From positions 45,664 to 109,663 of the forward strand of contig JBEKWC010000011.1 in the NCBI GenBank assembly GCA_049513475.1: a stretch of 64,000 bases of DNA. Direction: 5' to 3'. The stretch comes from Candidatus Sulfotelmatobacter sp. Lineage in GTDB: Bacteria > Acidobacteriota > Terriglobia > Terriglobales > Acidobacteriaceae. The first letter of the stretch is position 1; each line of letters begins with the position of its first letter. The notes under the pieces are model-generated. The model made no database searches. It saw only the letters and a list, made by a program, of their open reading frames with translations, and had not been told where the DNA came from. Below are positions 9,041 through 17,677 of this stretch, one piece after another. Position numbers and translations under genes: made by a program.

Positions 9041-9463
9041 ATGGAACGTAAGGCGAGTGCCGTGTGGAAGGGCGGGCTGAAGGACGGAAAGGGATCGATT
9101 TCAGCGCCGGGCGGGGTGCTGAAAGATACCCAGTATTCGTTCACCTCGAGGTTTGAGAATGGGCCGGGGACGAACCCGGAGGAGTTGATCGCGGCAGCGC
9201 ACGCCGCGTGTTTTTCGATGGCGCTGTCGGCGCAGTTGGGCGGGGCGAATTTGACGGCGGAGAACATCAGCACGAGCGTCACGCTAACCATGGAGAAGCT
9301 GGAATCCGGTTGGACGATTACGGCGAGCCATCTCGATGTGGTGGGAAAAGTTCCGGGCGCGGATGCGGCCACGTTTCAGAAATATGCGGAGGCAGCGGAG
9401 AAGGGGTGTCCGGTGTCGAAGGTGCTGAACGCGAAGATTACGATGACGGCGAAACTGGGTTAG
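9041..9463 (+). CDS. osmC: OsmC family peroxiredoxin
   Basis: GGAGAAA RBS and ATG at 9041. 140 aa with an OsmC-like pattern (AAHAACFSMAL ... GCPVSKVL). Confidence 0.85.
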   Translation: MERKASAVWKGGLKDGKGSISAPGGVLKDTQYSFTSRFENGPGTNPEELIAAAHAACFSMALSAQLGGANLTAENISTSVTLTMEKLESGWTITASHLDVVGKVPGADAATFQKYAEAAEKGCPVSKVLNAKITMTAKLG

Positions 9464-9465
9464 AG

Positions 9466-9496
9466 CGGCTTCCGGCTTCCGGCGCTCGGCTTCCGG
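9466..9496 (+). repeat. Tandem heptamer array (CGGCTTC-like, 4 units)
   Basis: CGGCTTC CGGCTTC CGGCGCT CGGCTTC CGG, starting 3 nt after the osmC stop. The same heptamer array recurs at 20963-20993. Confidence 0.7.
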
Positions 9497-9510
9497 AGTT
9501 GCGGCGCGGT

Positions 9511-9538
9511 TTGACAGCTTGGCACTGCACTGTAAAAT
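9511..9538 (+). promoter_or_regulatory. Sigma-70-type promoter candidate upstream of tRNA-Leu
   Basis: TTGACA (9511-9516), 16-nt spacer, TAAAAT (9533-9538). About 105 nt upstream of the mature tRNA 5' end. Confidence 0.5.
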
Positions 9539-9651
9539 AGGAAGGTCGATCTTCCTGAGGTCGATCTTCTCACGTCGTTCTTCTTAGGTTGAGTTGAGTT
9601 GAGCTTCTGACGCGGCGGCCCTGGGGCCGCCGATGCATTGCAATACAAATT

Positions 9652-9738
9652 GCCATCGTGGCGGAATTGGCAGACGCGCATGGTTCAGGTCCATGTACTC
9701 GCAAGGGTGTGGGGGTTCGAGTCCCTTCGATGGCACCA
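9652..9738 (+). tRNA. tRNA-Leu (anticodon CAG), long variable arm, CCA encoded
   Basis: Acceptor GCCATCG/CGATGGC, anticodon stem CATGG/CCATG with loop TTCAGGT, long variable arm, T loop TTCGAGT, then ACCA. Confidence 0.9.
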
Positions 9739-9841
9739 GATTTCTTGCTGTAAATTTCTTCAGCATTAACTCAACAGCCCGCTTGCATTGAGTTGGTCCC
9801 TTCTCGCAACAGGTCCTTCCCGTATAATTCAGGCACTTGGT

Positions 9842-10690
9842 ATGCCTGTTTTTCTCGATCAGATTGTCGGCGCTACGCGGGCGAGGGTGGCTCAGAACAA
9901 GCTAGCGGCCGACTTGCGCGAACTGGAGCGGCGGGCGGAACGGCATGTTCCGCGCGGCTTTCGGAGCTGTCTGGAAGAAAAAAGCAAAGCAGGCGTGGCG
10001 GTGATTGCGGAGTTGAAGAAAGCGTCGCCGTCGAAGGGATTGATTCGGGCGGATTTTTTTGTGGAGGAGTTGGCGAAGGAGTTGGAGGCAGCGGGGGCGG
10101 CGGCGCTTTCGGTCTTGACGGATACGGAGTTCTTTCAGGGGTCACTGGAGAATTTGCGAATTGCGTCTGCTTCGGTTGGGCTGCCCTGCCTGCGCAAGGA
10201 TTTTATTGTCGATGAGTTTCAGCTGGTGGAGGCCCGGGCGAACTCGGCGGACGCGGTGTTGCTCATTGTGGCGATCTTGTCGCCGGCGGAGCTGAAGAGC
10301 CTGGCGCACGGTTCTCGCTCGCTCGGCTTGGATGTTTTGTGCGAAGTGCATGACGAATCCGAGTTGCGGCGGGCTTTGGACGAGGGTTGCGACTTGATCG
10401 GAGTGAACACGCGCGATCTGCGGACGTTCAAGGTGAATGCGGAGACGGCGTTTGCTTTGGCGGAAAAGTTTCCCGCGAATGCGGTGAAGGTGGCGGAGAG
10501 CGGGATTCGGTCGGGTGAAGATATTGCGCGGCTGCGAGAGTCAGGGTATCAGGCGTTTTTGATTGGGGAGACGCTGATGCGGTCGGAGCGGCCGGGAGAG
10601 GCTCTGCGGGCGCTGGTTGCCAGTTGCGAGTCGCGAGTTCAGAGCGGACGGCAAAGCCTTGTGACAATGCACAGGCAAATTTTTCCATGA
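9842..10690 (+). CDS. trpC: Indole-3-glycerol phosphate synthase
   Basis: ATG at 9842. Contains IAELKKASPSKG and other TrpC-like blocks. The stop overlaps the trpF start (ATGA). Confidence 0.9.
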   Translation: MPVFLDQIVGATRARVAQNKLAADLRELERRAERHVPRGFRSCLEEKSKAGVAVIAELKKASPSKGLIRADFFVEELAKELEAAGAAALSVLTDTEFFQGSLENLRIASASVGLPCLRKDFIVDEFQLVEARANSADAVLLIVAILSPAELKSLAHGSRSLGLDVLCEVHDESELRRALDEGCDLIGVNTRDLRTFKVNAETAFALAEKFPANAVKVAESGIRSGEDIARLRESGYQAFLIGETLMRSERPGEALRALVASCESRVQSGRQSLVTMHRQIFP

Positions 10691-11418
10691 CCTGGATCAA
10701 GATTTGCGGGATGACGAACTTGGAGGACGCGCTGGTGGCGGTTGAGGCCGGAGCGGATGCGGTGGGGTTTGTGTTTTATGAAAAGAGTCCGCGGAATATT
10801 TCAGTGGAGGGGGCGCGGGACATTGTGGAGAAGTTGCCGGAGCAGATCGAGAAGATCGGGGTTTTCGTCGGTCACAAGAATGCGAATCCGCTTAAGGTTT
10901 TCCTCGATGCTGCATTGAGTGGGATGCAAATTTACGATCAGCCGGAAGATGGGTTTTTACAGGTAGGTATGATCGGTCATCACGATCGTTTCATGCGTGC
11001 TCGATTCTTGAGGCCCTTAGCCATGAGCCTGATAGCCAAAAACCAAGGCGAGATTAAAGAGTTAGCTTCTAGCTTTGCGGGGTTGAGGAAGCATTGGAAA
11101 AATGGTGTGCGCCCAAGTGAGCAGGAGATGGCCACAGTCCTGCTGGACTCGGGCGATCTTCTACAGCCGGGCGGAACGGGAAAAACGTTTGATTGGAAGC
11201 AGGCTGTGCCCATCGCCGAAGGTATGTGTGAAGGTGGACTCAAACTCGTGGTGGCTGGTGGGTTGACGGCCGAGAACGTGACAGAGGCAATCGAGGTACT
11301 GAAGCCCTGGGGAGTGGATGTGGCCTCGGGAGTAGAGGCTCGCCCGGGAAAGAAGGATCCGGAAAAGGTGCGGGCGTTTGTGAAGGCAGTGCGAGACGCG
11401 GATCGGAAAGCAAGTTAG
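10687..11418 (+). CDS. trpF: Phosphoribosylanthranilate isomerase
   Basis: [15 protein letters not shown] ... GGTGKTFDW ... GVDVASGVE. Somewhat longer than typical, with a lower-GC central segment at about 10930-11110. Confidence 0.85.
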   Translation: MTWIKICGMTNLEDALVAVEAGADAVGFVFYEKSPRNISVEGARDIVEKLPEQIEKIGVFVGHKNANPLKVFLDAALSGMQIYDQPEDGFLQVGMIGHHDRFMRARFLRPLAMSLIAKNQGEIKELASSFAGLRKHWKNGVRPSEQEMATVLLDSGDLLQPGGTGKTFDWKQAVPIAEGMCEGGLKLVVAGGLTAENVTEAIEVLKPWGVDVASGVEARPGKKDPEKVRAFVKAVRDADRKAS

Positions 11419-11420
11419 AA

Positions 11421-12713
11421 ATGGCTACGGTCGCACGAACGACGAAGGTCAAAATCCCCGCCCTCTTGCCCAGAACGCGAGAAGGACGGGGCACCCGGCG
11501 CGTTCTTGCTCCCACGCGGCACGCGCTTACTTCAACCCCGGAGCCTGGGCGGTTTGGGGTTTATGGCGGGCGGTATGTGCCGGAGACTTTGATGGCGGCG
11601 CTGGAGGAGTTGGAGCGGGAGTATGAGAGGGCGAAACGCGATCAGAAATTTCAGAAGCGGTTGGAATCCTTGCTGCGGAATTATGCGGGGCGTCCTACGG
11701 CTTTGAGTTTTGCGCGGCGGCTTACGGAGAAGTTGGGCGGGGCGAAGATTTATTTGAAGCGCGAAGACTTGCTGCACACCGGGGCGCACAAGATCAATAA
11801 CTGCCTGGGGCAGGCGCTGCTGGTGGAGCGCATGGGTAAGCGCCGGGTGATTGCGGAGACTGGGGCGGGGCAGCACGGAGTGGCTACGGCCACGGTTTGC
11901 GCGCTGCTCGGTTTCGAGTGCGTCGTGTACATGGGCACCGAGGATATGCGGCGGCAGGAGTTGAATGTGTTCCGCATGCGGCTGCTGGGTGCCGAGGTGC
12001 GCGGGGTGGAATCGGGGTCGCGGACGCTGAAAGATGCGATCAACGAAGCGATGCGCGATTGGGTTACGAACGTGCGCACTACGCATTACTTACTGGGGAG
12101 CGTGTTGGGGGCGCATCCGTATCCGACGATGGTGCGGGATTTTCATCGCGTGATTGGGCGCGAGGCGCGGGCGCAGATTCTGAAGGCCGAGGGGAAGTTG
12201 CCGGCGGCGGTGATTGCCTGCGTGGGCGGCGGGTCGAACGCAATCGGGATTTTTTACGAGTTCATAAAGGATAAGAAGGTTCGATTGATTGGAGTGGAGG
12301 CGGGCGGCCGCGGCGAGGCGCTGGGAGAACATGCGGCGCGCTTTCGCGGAGGGTTGCCGGGCGTTTTGCAGGGAACGTTTTCTTACGTGCTACAGGATGC
12401 GGCTGGGCAGATTGCGCTTACGCATTCGGTTTCGGCGGGGCTGGATTATCCCTCGATTGGGCCGGAGCACGCGGCTTTGCGGGATACGGGCCGGGCGGAG
12501 TACGTTCCGGCTTCGGATGCGGAAGCGTTGGAGGCTACTACTTTGCTGGCGCGGACGGAGGGGATTATTCCGGCGCTGGAGTCGGCGCATGCCGTGGCGG
12601 AAGTGATCAAACGCGCACCTGGGATGAAGAAGTCGGATGTCGTGCTCGTGAATGTTTCTGGGCGCGGGGATAAGGATATCGGGATCATGCGGGAGTCCCT
12701 GAACCTGGATTGA
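11421..12713 (+). CDS. trpB: Tryptophan synthase beta chain, with an N-terminal extension of about 35 aa
   Basis: HTGAHKINN (PLP lysine motif), [14 protein letters not shown]. The only plausible start is the ATG at 11421, 2 nt after the trpF stop. Confidence 0.9.
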   Translation: MATVARTTKVKIPALLPRTREGRGTRRVLAPTRHALTSTPEPGRFGVYGGRYVPETLMAALEELEREYERAKRDQKFQKRLESLLRNYAGRPTALSFARRLTEKLGGAKIYLKREDLLHTGAHKINNCLGQALLVERMGKRRVIAETGAGQHGVATATVCALLGFECVVYMGTEDMRRQELNVFRMRLLGAEVRGVESGSRTLKDAINEAMRDWVTNVRTTHYLLGSVLGAHPYPTMVRDFHRVIGREARAQILKAEGKLPAAVIACVGGGSNAIGIFYEFIKDKKVRLIGVEAGGRGEALGEHAARFRGGLPGVLQGTFSYVLQDAAGQIALTHSVSAGLDYPSIGPEHAALRDTGRAEYVPASDAEALEATTLLARTEGIIPALESAHAVAEVIKRAPGMKKSDVVLVNVSGRGDKDIGIMRESLNLD

Positions 12714-12757
12714 ATGATTGAGAGATTGCGTCATTGAGTCAATCTCTCAAGGATGCA

Positions 12758-13558
12758 ATGCCTCGATCTTTTATGCCGTTATCTTTTTATAAAAAACCAG
12801 GGCTGGTGGTTTATGTGACTTGCGGGGATCCGGATCTCGCTACCACGCGGGATGTGGTGTTGGCCGCTATCGAGGCTGGCGCGGATGTGATCGAGTTGGG
12901 TGTGCCCTTCAGCGATCCGGTGGCGGATGGGCCGGTGATTCAGCGTGCCAGCGAGCGGGCGCTTGCGGCGGGAACTACTCTGGCACAGATTTTGACTTTA
13001 GCGGCGGAGCTGCGGCAGCAGGCGCAGTCCACGGGGCTAGTGGTGTTTTCGTATTTGAATCCCATCTTGCGCATGGGAATGGAGAAGTTTTGCCGGGTGG
13101 CGCGGCATGCGGGAGTGGACGGGGTGCTGGTGACGGACTTGCCGGTGGAAGAGGCCGGTGAATATCTTCTGGCTATGAAGGAAAATGATCTGGCGCCCGT
13201 GTTCTTGGCGGCGCCGACCAGTCCCGATGAGCGGTTGAAGCGGATTGCGGATGCTTCGAGAGGATTTGTGTACGCGGTGTCGCGGACCGGAGTCACGGGA
13301 GCGCGGCAGCAGTTGGCCGATGATGCGGAGAAACTGGTGCGGCGATTGCGGCGCGTGAGCAAGTCAGCGGTCGCGGTGGGATTTGGGATTTCGAATGCCG
13401 CGCAGTTTGCCGCAGTCGGCAAGTTTGCCGATGCGGTGGTGGTGGGTAGCGCGATTGTCGAGACCATTGAACAACATTGCGGGCGGGAGGCGGAGGCGGT
13501 GGGGGATTTTGTCAGGGCGTTGGTGGGTCCCCATCCTGGCCGCGAAACACGCGGCTAG
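12758..13558 (+). CDS. trpA: Tryptophan synthase alpha chain (alternative TTG start at 12734)
   Basis: YVTCGDPD, ELGVPFSDPVADGPVIQ and the glycine-rich C-terminal loop GFGIS. Confidence 0.88.
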   Translation: MPRSFMPLSFYKKPGLVVYVTCGDPDLATTRDVVLAAIEAGADVIELGVPFSDPVADGPVIQRASERALAAGTTLAQILTLAAELRQQAQSTGLVVFSYLNPILRMGMEKFCRVARHAGVDGVLVTDLPVEEAGEYLLAMKENDLAPVFLAAPTSPDERLKRIADASRGFVYAVSRTGVTGARQQLADDAEKLVRRLRRVSKSAVAVGFGISNAAQFAAVGKFADAVVVGSAIVETIEQHCGREAEAVGDFVRALVGPHPGRETRG

Positions 13559-13631
13559 GATGAGGCGCCCGCAGACATCAATGAAGTAGATATCCTTCAA
13601 TTGCTCGATGACAGATCGCTGCGAGAACTTC

Positions 13632-13946
13632 ATGGACATTGCGGATTGGCGAAAGAAAATCGATGACGTGGATCGAAAGTTGGTGGAACTGCTAAGTGAG
13701 CGGGCGCGGGCGGCGATCGAGATCGGTCGGTTGAAGCGGGCGACGAAATCTCCGATCTACGAGCCGGAGCGAGAGCGCATCGTGTTTGAGAATGCGCAGC
13801 AGGTGAATCGAGGTCCGCTGCCCGGGCGAGAATTGGTGAGAATTTTTGAGCGGATTATCGATGTGATGCGAAATCTGCAGAAGGATGGGAACGAAGTGGG
13901 CGGCGCAAAGGCCGAGACCGAATTGGAGTCGGAACTGGATGATTGA
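13632..13946 (+). CDS. Chorismate mutase (AroQ class)
   Basis: About 104 aa, helical. WRKKIDDVDRKLVELLSERARAAIEIGRLK and PEREREI-type motifs typical of AroQ. Confidence 0.75.
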   Translation: MDIADWRKKIDDVDRKLVELLSERARAAIEIGRLKRATKSPIYEPERERIVFENAQQVNRGPLPGRELVRIFERIIDVMRNLQKDGNEVGGAKAETELESELDD

Positions 13947-14043
13947 GGCGCTGAGCGCTTGAAAGGTTCTTGCTGGTGGACACAACACCAGGTTTCCTCG
14001 CTCCGCTCGAATGGCAAAACTTAACCGCGAGCTAACGGCTCAT

Positions 14044-14067
14044 GGCTAGAAGCTAGAAGCTAGAAGC
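14044..14067 (+). repeat. Tandem heptamer array (GCTAGAA x3.4)
   Basis: GGCTAGAAGCTAGAAGCTAGAAGC, 13 nt upstream of the DAHP synthase start. Confidence 0.7.
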
Positions 14068-14079
14068 AGAGACTTTCTT

Positions 14080-15099
14080 ATGATTGTGGCGATGCAGGAT
14101 GTTGCGGATGAGACCCAGATTCAGTCGGTAATCGAGCAGCTGGTGAAGATGGGGTTTGAGGTGCACCGGTCGACCGGGGCGCGGCAAACCGTGCTGGGCG
14201 CGGTGGGCGCGGGGATCGATTTCGACATCCGCATCTTGGAGTTGCTGCCGGGTGTGCAGGAAGTGCATCGCATCAGTTCGCCCTACAAGCTGGCGGGAAA
14301 GAGTTTTCGTCCCGAGGGAACCGTGGTCAAGCTGGCGAATGGGATCAGCATCGGCGGGAACGAAGTGGTGGTGATGGCGGGGCCGTGCTCGGTGGAATCG
14401 CGGGAGCAGATTTTTTCTACGGCAGAGTCAGTCGCGAAGGCCGGGGCCAGGGTTTTGCGGGGTGGGGCGTTCAAGCCGAGGAGTTCTCCTTATTCTTTTC
14501 AGGGGCACGGGGAAGATGCGCTGAAGCTGATGCGCGAAGCGGGGGAGAAATTTGAGCTGCTGGTGATCAGCGAAGTGATGGAGATTTCGCAGATCGCGAT
14601 GATGCTGCCTTATGTGGACATTCTGCAGGTGGGAGCGCGCAACATGCAGAACTTCAATCTGCTGCGCGAACTGGGGAAGGTGCGCAAGCCGGTGCTGCTG
14701 AAGCGCGGGATCGCGGCTACGCTCGAAGAGTTGCTGCTTTCGGCCGAATACATTATGGCGGGCGGAAATTATGAAGTGATTTTGTGCGAGCGCGGGATCC
14801 GAACGTTTGAAACTTACACGCGGAACACGATGGATATTTCGGCGATTCCGATTATTCACAAGCTGTCGCATCTGCCGATGACGGCCGATCCGTCGCATGG
14901 AACGGGGCGGCGCGACAAAGTTGCGCCGATGGCGCGAGCGTCGGTGGCGGCGGGCGCAGACGCGTTGTTGATTGAGGTGCACTGCGATCCGAACCAGGCG
15001 TGGTCGGATGGAGCCCAGTCGCTCTTTCCCGAGCAGTTCGCCAAGCTGATGGATGAGTTGCGGATGATTGCGCCGGCGGTGGGAAGGAAAATTGGGTAA
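14080..15099 (+). CDS. 3-deoxy-7-phosphoheptulonate (DAHP) synthase, type I-beta, with an N-terminal regulatory domain
   Basis: 339 aa. [19 protein letters not shown] and DPSHGTG motifs. About 70 aa of ferredoxin-like N-terminal extension. Confidence 0.88.
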   Translation: MIVAMQDVADETQIQSVIEQLVKMGFEVHRSTGARQTVLGAVGAGIDFDIRILELLPGVQEVHRISSPYKLAGKSFRPEGTVVKLANGISIGGNEVVVMAGPCSVESREQIFSTAESVAKAGARVLRGGAFKPRSSPYSFQGHGEDALKLMREAGEKFELLVISEVMEISQIAMMLPYVDILQVGARNMQNFNLLRELGKVRKPVLLKRGIAATLEELLLSAEYIMAGGNYEVILCERGIRTFETYTRNTMDISAIPIIHKLSHLPMTADPSHGTGRRDKVAPMARASVAAGADALLIEVHCDPNQAWSDGAQSLFPEQFAKLMDELRMIAPAVGRKIG

Positions 15100-15184
15100 T
15101 TTGGTAATTTAGCAATTTGGTAATTTGAACGCGGTGCACTTTTGGCCTTTAAATTACCCGATTACAAAATTTACTAAATTACCC
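15094..15184 (+). repeat. Imperfect long hairpin whose arms are tandem octamers (GGTAATTT-like)
   Basis: The left arm GGGTAATTTGGTAATTTAGCAATTTGGTAATTT starts inside the DAHP synthase stop codon. The right arm AAATTACCCGATTACAAAATTTACTAAATTACCC ends 10 nt before tyrA. Confidence 0.75.
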
Positions 15185-15194
15185 GATCATTTTG

Positions 15195-16058
15195 ATGCCG
15201 ATTCGGCAAATCACGATTGTTGGGACGGGGCTGATCGGCGGGTCGTTGGCGCTGGCGCTGCGGAAGCGGCGGTTTGGGGGACGCATTGTGGGTTGCGACC
15301 GCCAGGCGACGTTGAAGAAGGCTCAGACGCTGGGCGTGATTGACGAGGGACGATCGAATCCCGGAGACGCCATGATCGGCAGCCAGTTGGTGGTGTTGGC
15401 TACGCCGGTGCTGGCCATTGTAGATTTGATTGGACGACTGGGTCCGGCCTTGCCTGTGGGCACGTTGCTGACCGATGTGGGCAGCACCAAAGCGGCGGTG
15501 GCGCAGCAGGCTGTGAAGGTGTTTGGGAAGAATGCTGGCAAGCGATTTCTGGGCGGGCATCCGATGGCGGGCAAGGAGCAGAGTGGTGTGGAGTTCGCCG
15601 ACGCCGATTTGTTCCAGGATGCGGTTTGGTTTATGACGCCGCTGCCGGGGCAGAAATTGCAAGATGGATTGTTTGCAGAATTTCTGGAATGGATCGATCG
15701 CATGGGGGCGCGCATTGCGATGCTTCCACCAAAGGAGCATGACCGGCTGTGCGCCTGGATCAGCCATGTGCCGCAAATGCTTTCGACTGCGCTGGCCGCG
15801 GCCTTGGTGGAGGAGTTTGGGGAGGAGGCTCCGCTGCTGGCCGCGGGCGGTCCGGCGTTGCGGGAGATGACGCGGATATCGGCGAGTCCTTATTCGATGT
15901 GGCGGGATATTGCGATCAGCAACCAGAAAAATCTCGGGGATGCGCTGCTCAAGGTGGAGCAGCGGCTGGCGCATATACGGGAGAATCTGAGTACGCGGCA
16001 ATTGGCGGAGGAGTTTGAGTTGGCGCATGGGTTGAAAAAGAGCGCGGGGAAGAAATAG
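15195..16058 (+). CDS. tyrA: Prephenate dehydrogenase
   Basis: IVGTGLIGGS (NAD fold), GGHPMAG, and the downstream TyrA-like dimerisation domain. Confidence 0.85.
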   Translation: MPIRQITIVGTGLIGGSLALALRKRRFGGRIVGCDRQATLKKAQTLGVIDEGRSNPGDAMIGSQLVVLATPVLAIVDLIGRLGPALPVGTLLTDVGSTKAAVAQQAVKVFGKNAGKRFLGGHPMAGKEQSGVEFADADLFQDAVWFMTPLPGQKLQDGLFAEFLEWIDRMGARIAMLPPKEHDRLCAWISHVPQMLSTALAAALVEEFGEEAPLLAAGGPALREMTRISASPYSMWRDIAISNQKNLGDALLKVEQRLAHIRENLSTRQLAEEFELAHGLKKSAGKK

Positions 16059-16067
16059 GGGAGCAGG

Positions 16068-16170
16068 AAATTGAGCGATTGAGCGATCGGGTCATTTCGC
16101 GATCGAAGACCTCGCTGAGTGGTGCTCTTCAAAATCGCTCCATGACCCAATCGCCAAATCGCTCAATTTT
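16068..16170 (+). repeat. Imperfect long hairpin whose arms are tandem octamers (GAGCGATT-like)
   Basis: AAATTGAGCGATTGAGCGATCGGGTCAT (16068-16095) pairs with ATGACCCAATCGCCAAATCGCTCAATTTT (16142-16170); about 24 of 28 positions are complementary. Confidence 0.75.
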
Positions 16171-16189
16171 CTTTTACAATGCGGACGCT

Positions 16190-16897
16190 ATGAACAAGGT
16201 AGTGGCGGGCGCGGATGAGGCGATTCGGGATGTGGGGGATGGTTCGGTCATTATGGTCGGGGGGTTTGGGCTGTGCGGCATGCCGGAGAATTTGATTCGC
16301 GCGCTGGCCCGGAAAGGATCGAAGAATCTTACGACCATTAGCAATAACGCGGGCGTGGATGGATTTGGGGTTGGGCTTTTGCTGGCGGCGGGGCAGATTC
16401 GGCGGCATATTGGAACTTACGTGGGCGAGAACAAGCTGCTGGAATCGATGGTGCTGACCGGAAAAGTGGAACTCGACCTGGTGCCGCAGGGAACATTTTC
16501 CGAGCGCATTCGCGCCGGGGGGGCGGGCATTCCCGCGTTTTTTACTCCTACCGGAGTGGGCACGATCGTCGCCGAAGGAAAAGAGACGCGCGAGTTCGAG
16601 GGCCGGACATACGTGATGGAGCGATGGTTGAAGGCGGACTTCGCTTTTGTGAAGGCATGGAAGGGCGATCGCATCGGCAATCTGGTGTACCGGAAGACGG
16701 CGCGGAATTTTAATCCGATCATGGCGACGGCGGCGAAGGTGGCGATCGCCGAGGTTGAGCAGTTGGTGGAGGTGGGAGAGTTGGATGGAGATTCGATTCA
16801 TACGCCGTCGGTTTACGTGAAGCGGATTTTTCAAGGGGAGTCGTATGAGCGGCGGATTGAGAAGCGGACGGTGAGGAAAAGCGTCGTTAGTGGTTAG
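16190..16897 (+). CDS. scoA: 3-oxoacid CoA-transferase subunit A
   Basis: [35 protein letters not shown] is the typical subunit A N-terminus. The track ORF start at 16079 reads through the upstream repeat hairpin. Confidence 0.88.
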   Translation: MNKVVAGADEAIRDVGDGSVIMVGGFGLCGMPENLIRALARKGSKNLTTISNNAGVDGFGVGLLLAAGQIRRHIGTYVGENKLLESMVLTGKVELDLVPQGTFSERIRAGGAGIPAFFTPTGVGTIVAEGKETREFEGRTYVMERWLKADFAFVKAWKGDRIGNLVYRKTARNFNPIMATAAKVAIAEVEQLVEVGELDGDSIHTPSVYVKRIFQGESYERRIEKRTVRKSVVSG

Positions 16898-16954
16898 TCG
16901 TTGGTCGTTGGCCAGGCCTCCGCTAATGCGACCAACGACCAACGACCGACGACG
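16883..16954 (+). repeat. Hairpin whose arms are tandem heptamers (GGTCGTT / AACGACC)
   Basis: Perfect 15-bp stem: GTCGTTGGTCGTTGG (16897-16911) with CCAACGACCAACGAC (16932-16946). It spans the scoA stop to just before the scoB start. Confidence 0.8.
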
Positions 16955-16964
16955 AATGACAACC

Positions 16965-17639
16965 ATGAATAAGCCAGGGAAAGATGTCGAGAAGCGCGAG
17001 CGCATTGTTAAGCGCATCGCTCGGGAGTTGCGGGATGGGTTCTATGTGAACCTGGGCATTGGGATGCCCACTCTGATCGGCAATCATGTTCCGGCGGGGA
17101 TTGAGGTGGTGTTGCAATCCGAGAATGGGATGCTGGGGATTGGGCCTTATCCGGTGGAGGGGCAGGAGGACGCGGATCTGATCAACGCGGGCAAGGAGAC
17201 CGTGAGCGAGATGCCAGGGACGGCTTATTTTTCCAGCGCCGATTCGTTTGCCATGATTCGCGGAGCGCATGTGGATTTGAGCGTGCTGGGCGCGATGGAA
17301 GTGGACGAAAGCGGCAGCCTGGCGAATTGGATGATCCCGGGGAAAATGGTGAAGGGGATGGGCGGGGCTATGGACCTGGTTGCCGGAGCTCGGCGGGTGG
17401 TGGTGGCCATGGAGCACACCACTCGCGAAGGTGCGCCGAAGATTTTGAAGAAGTGCACGTTGCCTCTCACCGGAGTGAATGTGGTGGATACGATTGTTAC
17501 CGAGATGGCGTACATCCGAGTGACCGAGCGGGGGTTGGTGTTGGAGGAAGTGGCTCCCGGGTTGACCGCGGAGGATGTGCAGCGGGCTACCGAGGCGCGG
17601 TTGGTGGTTAGCGAGGGGCTGAGGGTGATGGAGAGCTAG
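16965..17639 (+). CDS. scoB: 3-oxoacid CoA-transferase subunit B (alternative ATG at 16956)
   Basis: [19 protein letters not shown] and SENGMLG (catalytic Glu motif). Confidence 0.88.
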   Translation: MNKPGKDVEKRERIVKRIARELRDGFYVNLGIGMPTLIGNHVPAGIEVVLQSENGMLGIGPYPVEGQEDADLINAGKETVSEMPGTAYFSSADSFAMIRGAHVDLSVLGAMEVDESGSLANWMIPGKMVKGMGGAMDLVAGARRVVVAMEHTTREGAPKILKKCTLPLTGVNVVDTIVTEMAYIRVTERGLVLEEVAPGLTAEDVQRATEARLVVSEGLRVMES

Positions 17640-17677
17640 GCAGGTCTACTCTTCGTATTTTTCATAGAACTTGCTAG

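Noticed and set aside
9519-9535. Sigma-54 promoter suggested by TTGGCAC at 9519-9525
   Set aside because: No TTGC or GC element lies at the required +12 spacing. The same sequence is better explained as the spacer of a TTGACA-N16-TAAAAT sigma-70-type promoter.
10930-11530. Mobile insertion or intein in trpF, and in the N-terminal extension of trpB
   Set aside because: The extra residues number only about 15-35, remain in frame, and show no intein or transposase motifs. The trpB extension resembles REP-like text, but no second copy is present in this window to support that. It is noted in the feature evidence only.
14044-16954. CRISPR array
   Set aside because: The repeat units are only 7-8 nt, are directly tandem without unique spacers, and no cas genes are present.
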